From Octopus sinensis (taxonomy: Eukaryota), in contig NC_043012.1 of assembly GCF_006345805.1 (NCBI RefSeq), forward strand, positions 50,902,001 through 50,966,000: a DNA stretch of 64,000 nucleotides, given 5' to 3'. Below, piece by piece: positions 52,158 to 64,000 of this stretch. Numbering within the stretch: position 1 is the stretch's first letter; each line of letters starts with the position of its first letter. The notes beneath the pieces are model-generated. The model was not told the origin of the DNA, did no database searches, and saw only the letters and a program-made list of their open reading frames with translations. Made by a program: the position numbers and the translations under genes.

Positions 52158-53790
52158 GTAAGGCATTGTGATACGAAGGAACAAAATAGAAGGGAATTTA
52201 GCTGGAATCTTAGAAGAAGCACTTAGAAGAAGCACTTAGAAGATACATGCGGAATTTCAGCAGCACTTCACCCAATTGTTTGGGACGAATGACAGTCCGG
52301 AACGAGGGATAGACTTTAGTGCCTACGTCGACGTCATTTCATGACTTTTCGAGAGTGGGGCGAAGTTTTGCAAAATGCCGATAACAGCCGCGGAAATGCA
52401 GGGTGCGACGTTAAGCTGCACGGGGAAACTGCCTGGTTTGGATGGTCTGTCCTTTTAAATTAACCTATATATGCCAGATTTATTTGGCGGACTTGGCAGA
52501 TATCTGCTGCAACTGGCAGCAGACCGGAGAGATTCCGAATTCTGTTAGTCGAGTGGTAGATGCACTGCTAACAAAGGACCCAAACCAGAGATATCACACA
52601 GTAAATTTTAGGCCCATAAAGATGAACGCAGACTTCAAATTTTGACAATGGTTTTAGCAAGGAGCTTGGCCCTAGTCGTCGAGGAACTCTCTGTTGAGGT
52701 GCAAACAAACTGGAAGCGTTGAGAGGCATCCCGTACTAACTAGAAAGTGGGAGAACCGTGTCAGCATGCGCAGAAGATGTTACCGCCAAAGTTTGACTGG
52801 AGCAAATATTAACCAAGAAAGGTCAATGGTCCTACAGCTTGACACCTGGGGAAGTATGACCCTACTGTCTGATAACGTCGTGGGAGGCTGGACGCTTGAC
52901 GGAGGGACATGTTGAATTACTCCTGGTCTGGTTTGGTTCATATCTCAAGGTGGAGAACAACTGGAACAAGGTAACGAGGAGTGTTGCCATTTTCATCCAG
53001 AAATGGGCCGAGAGAATTCTATCACTGAAAGGTTGGTCAGAGGTAGCGAATGCTTTTATCGCCTCCGTCAAATATTATTGCCTGATCGCCGATCTTTCCT
53101 CCAGTTCACGTCTGACCAAACTGGGGTGCGTATTCTTCCGCTTTCTGTGGAAGGGGGTGTATTCCACTTCTCAGGTGCTTCATTTGCTGTTAACATCCAT
53201 TGAATGGAGGGCTGGGCATAACTTAGTTGCTAATGCACTGACTTGCGCTAAGGCTGCGATATTTCCGGTACTTCCAAGATGGTGAACAGGTGAGGTCCCC
53301 GATTGTCAGATACGATTTCCCACAGTTCGTCTCTTTATTTTGGTTAGAGTCCTACATCAAGCGCAGACCGACGCAAAGCACCTAGAACCAAGACTGTCGT
53401 CAGATGCTGACGGTGGTCTGTCCCTCGGGTAATGCGTTCGGAGAAAGTTCCACTTACCGAGATGCGTACAGAGCAACGATACTGTTCAGTACGCTCTTGT
53501 TCAGAGCCCGAGCACTGCTGTCGCGTGAAGGACGGATCTAGCAATCAGTAGCGTCCACCATAAAGATTGACCCGCTGCCTTCCTTTGACCGAGAAGAGCA
53601 AGCAATATTTTTCATCTTGTGGCCTTAACGGAAGAGGTTGCGTGGCAGACCAGATTGAAAGCGTTGAAGATAGAAATTTTCTTCTTTGGTTAAACCCACA
53701 GCAACTCTTTCAGTTTCATTTGAAGAGATAAGTAAAGGTAGAGACTGAAGCGCTGTCACCCGGCTATTTTGTTAAAAGGTGTGTCAATAC
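52157..53790 (+). mobile_element. Tx1/L1-clade LINE ORF2 remnant with internal deletion(s)
   Basis: PITAAEM...GKLPGLDG, NWQQTGEIP, NFRPI...NADFK, GANINQERSMVLQL, WAERILSLKG, FLWKG and FHLKR*VKVE. Confidence 0.85.
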
Positions 53791-53904
53791 ATTATTTATA
53801 TTATTTACTTTGGACGTGTCTCTGTCCACAGTCATATCAATTAACTGGCATGTTTTGTATTTAGTCTTCTATGACGATGTTTGGTCTGTAACATTTAGTT
53901 GCCT

Positions 53905-54188
<284 letters not shown>

Positions 54189-55278
54189 ATCAGCAGAAGC
54201 TGCAACAGCGTCATCACGATTATTATATTACTACGTAGCTCTATACATGAAAGAATTAATAAAAAAAAACATGGTTTGCCGAATTATGACATCGTATGTT
54301 AATCTTTGAACTCCTAAACTCTATATACGTTTCTGACTTCCAACTTTAAGCCTACTATGAGACAGAGATTTTCGCAACTGTTTATCCTTGTTTCAAATGT
54401 GAAATCCCAAATTGCGTTCCTTACTTTTACACTTATCTAAAAGAAAATTTTCCGAAGACGTTTAATGGAATTGCCATTAACATTCTCTCCCAAAACCAAA
54501 ACCGATGCCGGCATTTTATTATTATTTTTTAAATCTTTATCATAACAAAGGTATTTTTCATTTCCGGTGCGAAAGTTTGGCATTATCGATCATAATCAAG
54601 AGCCTAACGAATGATAACGCAATCCTATTAATAAGTATTTAAGATCTATGAGCCAATTTACAAGAATTTCATTTATCCGCCAATATTTGCTGTCGTGTTT
54701 CAAAAACATTTAACAAGCGAAGGAAGTGTGACCGGATATTTAAAAGTAGAAATGAAGCAAGATTTTGATACTGTCAATATCGTTGTGATAACAATTATTA
54801 TGTTTGAATTAATATCCGGCGTTCCAGCGTAATACTTGGAACAATAATAGACGTTTTTGTAGTCTGCATTGTATATTCTCTCAAAATATTTCAGGTCTCT
54901 TCATCAAGATGAGAAAAAAAAAACCTTTGCAATAAAAGAAGTGTATGTGTTATGTATCAGGACTTGAAAAGATGCTCTTAATTATAAGAATGTGTTTGAT
55001 GATGAAGTAGTCAAGAGGCAGAGGGATATTTCCAGATTTAATTTCCGTCAAATTAATTTCATCCTGTCCAAAGAACGGCTAACAATTACAACATACTTTC
55101 TCGGTGCATAACCAAACTCAAACCTATAATATTTATTGCTCTTAAATTAGTTATTTAGTTCATATAAATTACTTCGAAATGCACATACTATTACAATAAT
55201 TTTCTTTGAGATTGATGCCCGTTGCAATTACTGATGAAATCAACATTTTTAGATAGTTCTAGGTAACGTAACTGCCTG

Positions 55279-55323
<45 letters not shown>

Positions 55324-55408
55324 GTGATTAATGATTATCTTTCTCTCCCTCTATCCCTCTATATAGATAGGTGAAAGTGTGTATGTATATATATATATAT
55401 AATATATA

Positions 55409-55457
<49 letters not shown>

Positions 55458-55468
55458 TACATGTAAAT

Positions 55469-55517
<49 letters not shown>

Positions 55518-55704
55518 ATATATAATATATATATATATTTATACATTTATATATATATATAATTGTTATTTTTCATTTGTCTTGCTCGCTTACGTTTCTG
55601 GTGTGCTAAATTTTCTGGAGAACAATTCTTAGTGGTTGAGACCATAGCGGATCTTCTTCTAGCATAAGGGTTTCCACATAGTGGTTAAAAAATTCCCCCT
55701 TATA

Positions 55705-55767
<63 letters not shown>

Positions 55768-56108
55768 GTAAATATATATATATATATATACATACATACA
55801 TATACATGTCTGTATAGGATTTAAAAATAAATTTACTGAGTGCATGTGTGAGTGCGTTTGTATGCGCGCGCGCTGCTCTGTGTTTATTTACCAGAATATT
55901 GAGGGCCAAATAGATTTATATTGTATTTTTCACCTGTCATATCTAATATCTGATATTGCTCCCATTTTCTGTAATTTAAAGTTTAATGGCTTTAGTTTCA
56001 GATGAAATAAAATTTAAAAATGAAGCTGCAACGCACTCCCCACACCAATTAATTGTGTATGTGTATTAATGTGTGTATGTGAATATATCTCTATCAAGCT
56101 ATCTCACC

Positions 56109-56149
<41 letters not shown>

Positions 56150-56310
56150 TCACTCTCTTTATATAAACGTATATATGTGTATGTGGGACAGCCTTTGTTT
56201 ATGTATGGAAACATATATATATATATATATATTTATATACTCATATATAAGTACTCACACATATATATGTACATATGTATGGATATGCATATATATATAT
56301 ATATATATAT

Positions 56311-56353
<43 letters not shown>

Positions 56354-56354
<1 letters not shown>

Positions 56355-57927
56355 TGTATCTCACGGAAGTATGTACATCCCTAAAATTTTCAGTAACACT
56401 GACGTTGTCCTGATAATACCGGAGAAAATCGAACGAAATTTATACTGAATAAAAAATAATATACACGCAAATATTATACAAATTTAGAACACAAAACAAG
56501 AAATAATTTGAAAGATAAGAATGAAATATTAACTTTCAAACGTTACAAATGTATGTACTCCCTAAAAGAAATTTGTTATATTCAATATTTTACCCCCCTT
56601 TTTTTACTTATTTAATCTGTTGCTGATAATTTCAATTGTCATAATTTTTCTCTCCAGGCATTTTTGCACCGGCCATTGTTTTTGTATCGGCAGGAATACT
56701 GATTTGTGAATCTTGCTGAAAATCTTCTTCATTGTGTTTAAAATGACACCAAAAAGAAAAGGACTGTCTGAAGATTTGAAGAAAATTATTTTTGATTTGC
56801 TCAACAAAGGTTTAGGATACAAGATAATTAGCAAACGAATACATATTAGCGCAAACACAGTTGCCAAAGTAATTCGGAAGTATAAATCTACTGGACAGCT
56901 AAGCAATAAACAACGTCCAAGCCGTCCTTGTATTTAAACTCTGCATGTTATTCGCCTCATCCAACTTTGCGTGATATATGACAGGCGTCGTATCACTTCA
57001 TTTTTGGCCCATGAAAGAGTGTATCCATCCAAACAGAGTTCGCCGAGGTTTGAACCAGTGTGGTCTTCATATACGCATTTCTCGTAGGAAGCCTCTCCTC
57101 ACCACTTCAATAAATCAAGTCGTCATTCTTTTACCCCAAAACTATGTGAGTAAGAGGGAGGAGTTTTGGAATAATATTCTCTTTTCTGACGAGACTAAAA
57201 TCAACTTATTTGGGTCACATGTCATTATAGGAGTATGGTAACGACCAGGTGAAGAGAATAGTGACAAATGCACTGTGCCTACCGTAAGACACGGCGTCGA
57301 AAGTGTTGTGATTTGGGGTTGCATGATTGCAGTTGGTGTGGGAAGATTCCGATTCAAGGCTTTATTGTGACATATTCCAGAAAACAACGTTTAAATACAT
57401 CAAGGAACTAGGTCATTCCATGTTCCAAAATGATAATGACCCAAAACATACTTAAAAGATTACGACAAAGTTTTATCAGATAAGAAAGCAAATGCATTGC
57501 CTTGGCCTACTATGAGACATGCTTTAAATCCAACAGAACTTATGTGAGGTGTTTTGAGAAAGAAGGTTCAGGAGAAAAATCCCACAATGTAACATCATTC
57601 AGGATGAATGGAGGTTGTATGCAGAAATTTAGTCTACTCTAATGCCCAGAAGACTACATGCAGTCATTGAAAAAATAACGGTGACACCAAATATTGAACA
57701 TAGGAAATAATCCTTTAGGGTGTACATATATTTGTGTCGTTTGAAAATTAATATTTCGTTCACATCTTTGAAAATTTTTATTGTTCTGTGTTCCAAATTT
57801 GTATAATGCTTGCATCTATAATATATCTTATTCAGTATAGCTTTTGTTTGATTTCCTTCAGTATTATCAGTGTAATGGTTATTTTACTGAAATTTTTTAC
57901 GGGTGTACATATTTCTGTGAGGTACTG
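56354..57927 (+). mobile_element. Full-length Tc1-family (IR/DR type) transposon with a pseudogenised transposase at about 56744-57695
   Basis: TA-flanked long imperfect TIRs of about 200 bp with inner and outer TATGTAC-CCC direct repeats. Frames give MTPKRKGLSEDLK (HTH), RRKPLL, FWNNILFSDETKINLFGS, TVRHG, FQNDNDPKHT and WP...LNP. Confidence 0.92.
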
Positions 57928-58029
57928 TATGCACACACACATACACACACACACATACACACACACACACGTACACTAACACATATACATGTAACTATAT
58001 ATATCCTTGATCTGAACTGCCCGACAAAC

Positions 58030-58170
58030 GGGAACGTGAAACTCTGAGTAGCATTTTTTGTGACGTTTTGTTGTTTTCCAGCTTTAGGAATAAAAGTTAA
58101 AGTCAACCTTGATGGAATTTGATCTCAGAACGTAAAACGGGCGTAGTGCCGCTAATCATTCTGCCACGAG
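58030..58170 (-). mobile_element. SINE family 1, degenerate fragment
   Basis: AAAGTCAACC...GGAATTTGATCTCAGAACGTAAAAC...CATTCTGCCA. Confidence 0.6.
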
Positions 58171-58253
58171 TGCTATAATTCATTTAGCTCTCCGACTTAA
58201 TAATAATGATAATGATAATAATAATAATGATAATAATAATAATAATAATAATA

Positions 58254-58312
<59 letters not shown>

Positions 58313-58328
58313 TCTATTATCATTATCA

Positions 58329-58392
<64 letters not shown>

Positions 58393-59695
58393 ACTGATGC
58401 TGATGATGAGGACCACCACCGCCACAATGACGACAGCGAGGAGGACGACGAGGACGACGGCGATGATATTTTTATTGCTCAGAAGAGCCTAAGAGAGATC
58501 GAGGACAATATCAAATGATGAAATACAACACACAAAACGTTGCGTTTACATCGATCAAAAGTGAACAAACAATAGAATAATAAATTGCAGCATTATTTTG
58601 ATTTAATGCCATAAAATTAAATTATGTAACAAATTTGCTTAACTTCCACGATGTGGCTGGGGTTCCATAAGATTTTGGCATTTAGGATAGTAAGAAATTC
58701 TTATTATTTGTTGGAGGTAGGTTTTGCTATCATTTCGATATCTGTCATTCTTGCTATTACTAAATAGCTTTATCTACAACTTTTGTGGTGTCCATACAGC
58801 ACTCCCATCCTGGTGCATAACCTAAATTTTCTGTTTGATTTCTTCTTTTTTTGGCGCGTTTCCTATAACAACCTGCCATTACGTTTATCTTTTTCTCTCT
58901 CTTCCCGACGTTCTTACATATATTCTTAAAGTAAGCAATACAAATGTAATTTGCAAACGTGTTATCTCGGAACGTTATTAGACATTGCTCTATCTAACGT
59001 AGTAAGTTGGGATTATAAATTTGTCTAACGATTGGTACTAAAAAATACAAGAAAGCGCAACATGTACATTAATCTTTCGCACGAAAGACCCTAGGCGGTC
59101 ACAAATAGGTGACATGTTTCCTCGTAAACAACTATTTTATGCCTTTCTCTAGCGCAATCTTATTTACAGTTCTGAACATAACCTTTTTCTCATCCAATGC
59201 AACAGACACAAACTACTTTAAATTCCAGCAACAAATAAGTTGATTTGATATACAAGAAGTTTTTCAATTACACTGTTTGGCAAAAACTCCCATTTAAGAT
59301 TTCGTCCCAGTAAATTGGTCGTCAGAATCTCGTACTATTTGCAGCTTTATATAAATCAAACTGAGAGGGCAATATTTATTTGTTATTTTTATTATTCCTA
59401 TTTATAATTGATTTGCTTAGATAATAATGTGTATTATATAAGTTCGAGTGCATTTTCTCTCTTCAATCCAATTCTTTCGACTTCTTACAATAAATAATAA
59501 TGGGTTTAAAGCTTTATACACTGAAGTTTGGATGAGATCATTCCTTTTATATTGCAATGTTCTTCAGAATTGGACGCAGGCGCCAACATCATTCATACAG
59601 CAAAAATTAGACAACACAAATTTATAGAACTGCATTTACTACTACATAAAAAAACCCCAGCTGTAACAAAAGCTGCTGCTGCTACTACTACTACA

Positions 59696-59746
<51 letters not shown>

Positions 59747-60868
59747 GCTACTACTACAAATACTACTACTACTTATAATATCTGCAACTAACAGGGATTA
59801 TTTTACTAGACGGTAGTATTTGATACACACAGAGTCACGATCGTGACTGGTACATGTTTTATGCATCCAGCAATAATTGATGTCAACGGCCCCAATGCTT
59901 GATTTTATTTTATTGTATGGATTCTGAGAGAATGAATAGCTAAGGTGAATTTGCCGGCATTTGAATTCGGTATATGACGAACCAGATCAAATAACACCAG
60001 ATATTTTTTTCCGACAATGATTCTCTAGTTTACTACCGTAACACAAGTTGTTGGTATTCTCTTGCCCCAAAATTTTCAACTCAATCTGCCCTATAATTAA
60101 AGTTTTCCATACCGTTACCAGAAATTCATTTGTTGGTTATAGTACATTATCCAATATATCATAAATAATTATTTTAATTAGGAATGATATTGAGGGTTAG
60201 TATTATTTAATTCTAGCGCCGAACCTGACACCTATGCTTATCTACTCCAAGGTACCGTCACACCACTCATAAGCTCAAGTCTACATACTGCCAAGTTTAT
60301 TTACTACTAAAATTCTCAACCACACTTGGTTCCTTCCCCTTAACATTTTCCAAAATTCTTGACACCAGTCTCCTACTATCTATCTGTTTCCATTGGTTTC
60401 ATATGCAAACAACCATTTCATTTCCTTTTAATACTATTCACTCGTACAACTTCATTTCTTTCTCATTTTTACTACCTCAGTTTATATATCCTTCTCATCT
60501 TTTTTCTTCCTTTCCTCTCCCTCTCACTCCCAGTCTCTCTCTCTCTCTCTCTCTCTTACCATCAATCTCCCAGTACATCTTAATTTAGTAGACAACTAAG
60601 TGGAAGACAGCGGGGTGATAACGTAAGGTCCACGACATCTACCTAGATGAATTATTTCAACACATTGAAAACAATATCTCCCACTATCCCTTTGACAGAC
60701 ATAAGTAAAGGATTTTATTGATAAACATATCCAACTTCCTTTTCCCCTTTACCTATCATTTTTTCCCTTCTACTTAATCACTACTTAACAACACACAAAC
60801 ACACGTACACACACACGTACATACATACATACATGTGTATATATATATACATATATGTGTGTGTGTGT

Positions 60869-60916
<48 letters not shown>

Positions 60917-60917
60917 A

Positions 60918-61610
60918 CAGAAAAGGAGGAATTTCGATTATACCACGTGGTGAGTTGTAATATATATAAGGAATTGAAAAAGAGGAAAATACACACACTT
61001 TATATAGTTTTAATGTAATTTTTAATATATCGACCGGTTTCGCTTTCGCTATACATGATATTAAGTTTTACTTATTTGAATATGTATTTTCTTAAGAAAA
61101 TATTGTTATCCATGTTTTCTTTAATAATATTTACGAGTGAATGACTTCACAAGTAGAAAAACAAGGGGAGGTAATTGGTTATCATTATTAATGTGGGCAA
61201 GGTAGATAACTGTTCAGCTTTCAGTAAAGGGATGGGAATAAATATATACACAAAAATGGTTTCGAAAAACTTGTTTAGTGAGGGGATTTATGTACAATGA
61301 TGTAATCGTAAATTGAAATATGTAAGGAGATAAAAGTTGGTTATGCGTGCATATTAAGACGTGTTCTGCATTTTTCAATGAAAAGAGTTTCTTTATTTAA
61401 ACGTTCTTGTGGGGAAATTGTGCCTTTGTACTGGTAGAAGGGGAAAACTTAAATTTGGTTTCATGTTAACTGCACATTTTTCTATATGTTCACTGAAAGG
61501 AATTTACCTATATAGCGGGAAACGGATTTACTCTTTATGTAGAGTGGTTCTCCATCTAAAGGTCATACTCGTCTGTCTAACCAATCAGGTTATTACATAA
61601 TGTAGGTTTC
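60918..61610 (-). mobile_element. Second type of Penelope-like element, 3' end (GIY-YIG C-terminus and 3' UTR)
   Basis: Minus frames give RQTSMTFRWRTTLHKE*IRFP...PFSEHIEKCA...FPFYQ...RLNKETLFIEK...LN. A hammerhead remnant lies at 61024-61063 on the same strand. Confidence 0.65.
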
Positions 61611-61624
61611 AGAGGGACAAATGA

Positions 61625-62400
61625 AAGTAGTTTTAATTGTGAACTCCTGTCCTTGCTTCGCTGTATGCCGCCGAGTATTATCCTGATGGTAGAACATGTC
61701 CCGAACGCCTTGAAACAAAGATAGTCATTTTTCTCTAGAGCTGCTCGCAGCTGATCTCGTTTGTTATCGCTTGGTTTAGGTTTAAAAGTTCAAAGTGGAG
61801 TAAATCCTTCATATCCCACTATGTCAACACCATAGTGGAGGTTTTTATCCTGGAGTGCCGGTATTTTTTCTTTCCCTATCCACCGACTTTAGTGCTTGAC
61901 ATTTTTATAGAGATCTCGTTCCTTGTCAACAGTCACTATTCGGTCAAAACAGATTCATTCTTGAGACGTGACAGCAAAAAGCACACATTCACTCTTTGCG
62001 CGCGATTAAACAGGTAAAGTTTATGAGGATCCCATAACCAAATTTCTTGACTTTTTCGATGGCATGCAGGTGTCGATGAATGGGTGAATGACCAAATTCA
62101 AGCTTCTCTGCAAGTTCCTCAGCAGTTACGATGGGATTTTGTTTCACCAGCATTTGCAGGACGTCTTCGTCGAGCTCTACATCCAGGACGAAGATCGTCT
62201 TCCAGGCTGTAGTTTCCGGTTCGGAATTTATGGAACCACTGTCGACGCAGGCCTACGCTTAATTTCCGATTCTCATATACTATTCCTCTCACTTTCCCTT
62301 GCGTTGTTGCTTTTATTGAACTCATAAAAGCAAATATGCCGAATATGCTCCTTTTACAGTTACATTATAGCTTTGAAAAAAATAACTATTAAAACCGAAT
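61625..62400 (-). mobile_element. Mariner transposase pseudogene fragment
   Basis: KEHIRHI, QWFHKFRTGNYSLEDD, AEELAEKL, IHRHLHAIEKVKK, DPHKL, IVTVD and YHQDNTRRHTA. Confidence 0.85.
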
Positions 62401-62499
62401 TGCACTCTTCAAATTTTGCACTAAGGATAAGCACAATGTAAAATTACTACCTTCTTTTATAGCAAGTTGATGCAGGTAGCTTATTTCATCCCCCTCCAA

Positions 62500-63000
62500 A
62501 GTTTAGTTCAGGCAATCAAAAGAACTGCATTATCTATGGGAAGGGGAGCTGTCACCAGTAATGGTCGTTCTGAGATGATCAATTGTGTTGGAACCAGAAA
62601 CTCTGAAAAAAACATCAAACTTTTAAAGCAAGGACTATATCCGATGTATTTACACGATAACATAACGAAAAACGAGTTTTTATTCATGAAAGATTGGGCT
62701 CCAAGCCATACAACGAAAAGGAATAAACAATAGCTGACTGAAATCTCCTGGCATGAACGCAATTTAAAATCTTTGGAGCATACTAGATAGAACTATACGA
62801 AAACTCGACAGAAACATAAATCTAAGTAGGAATTATTTAGATTCTTACGTGAAAAGTGGGCAAAAATCCCCAAGAGACAATCACAAAGCTCATCAGTTCA
62901 ATGGACAAAAGGGTTTCTGCATTAAAAACTGCAATGGGAATGACAACTAAATACGAAAGTATGTAGTCCTACCTACCGATTACCATTGGATTGTTCACTT
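62500..63000 (+). mobile_element. Tc1-like transposase DDE C-terminal fragment
   Basis: GRGAVTSNGRSEMI, FLFMKDWAPSHT, LWSILDR and a terminal G.TTKY-like motif. Confidence 0.75.
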
Positions 63001-63104
63001 TAAGTAATAAATAAAAGGTTTAGAAAAAATTAAATGTGTCTATTTACTTCCTGCATCTCTGTCAGTTTGAGCGCATATATGCATATAAATATACATATAT
63101 ATAC

Positions 63105-63186
63105 ATATATATACATACATACATACATACATACATACTTACATACACATATACATACATACATACATACATGCATACATACATAC

Positions 63187-63217
<31 letters not shown>

Positions 63218-63499
63218 CATACATACATACATACGTACATACATACATAAATACATACATACATACATACATACATACATACATACTTACGTACGTACAT
63301 ACATACATACATACATACATACATACGTACATACATACATACATACATACATACATACATACGTACGTACATACATACATACATACATACGTACATACAT
63401 ACATACATACATACATACATACATACATACTTACATACGTACATACATACATGCATACATACATACGTACATACATACATACATACATACATACATACA

Positions 63500-63535
<36 letters not shown>
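63105..63535. repeat. Long (TACA)n tetranucleotide microsatellite
   Basis: Read directly from the sequence. Confidence 0.97.
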
Positions 63536-63739
63536 TGACGTGAAGGGGGACAGTGAACTTGACGCTAGGAGTTGTACGTGCGTTATTACAAATCGAAAAG
63601 TTGGGAAAATATTACAGTAACCCTAATGTAAATACTGAAACGAGAGGATAATTATATCATACATCTCGAAATGATAGTTGTAATTAATTCTTAATATTTA
63701 TGCATGTAATGAGTGTATGCATCTCTCTCTCTCTCTTTC

Positions 63740-63780
<41 letters not shown>

Positions 63781-63850
63781 TCCTGTTTCTCGTTTTACAT
63801 ATGTATGTAAGTATGTACCTATATATGTGTCTATATATATATATATATAT

Positions 63851-63881
<31 letters not shown>

Positions 63882-63887
63882 TGTGAG

Positions 63888-63928
<41 letters not shown>

Positions 63929-64000
63929 TTCATATTCACACACATGTGTGTACATTTGTATAGTTATATGTATGTATACTTGTTGGAGTATCAGTAAGCA

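Noticed and set aside
55600-55690. Possible further hammerhead (GAAAC and GAAGA motifs on minus)
   Set aside because: The core motifs are in the wrong order and no consistent three-stem fold could be drawn.

Overview
AT-rich, microsatellite-saturated eukaryotic DNA. The repeat families and the density of (AT)n, (AAT)n, (ATCT)n and (TACA)n tracts fit a cephalopod genome, most likely Octopus (inference). No host protein-coding gene can be called with confidence; only a few weak candidate exons were seen, and nearly all ORFs in the supplied track are microsatellite translations. The window is a layered archive of mobile DNA: Tc1/mariner transposons and MITEs, R4/Dong-like, Tx1-like and RTE-like LINE fragments, several tRNA-derived SINE families (one expanded into a 184-bp tandem array), and at least four Penelope-like (PLE) or PLE-associated families. 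The most notable structure is a three-level nest at 29.6-33.6 kb. There a Dong-like LINE fragment is split by a SINE with a TAGCC target duplication, and the SINE is split in turn by a Naiad-like Penelope element. That element has 283-bp inverted terminal repeats, each carrying an apparently intact type I hammerhead ribozyme with an extended, cUUCGg-capped stem II. Degenerate hammerheads with palindromic stem III occur in three other families, including a small composite at 19.1-19.8 kb that encloses a perfect 30-bp tRNA-like palindrome.
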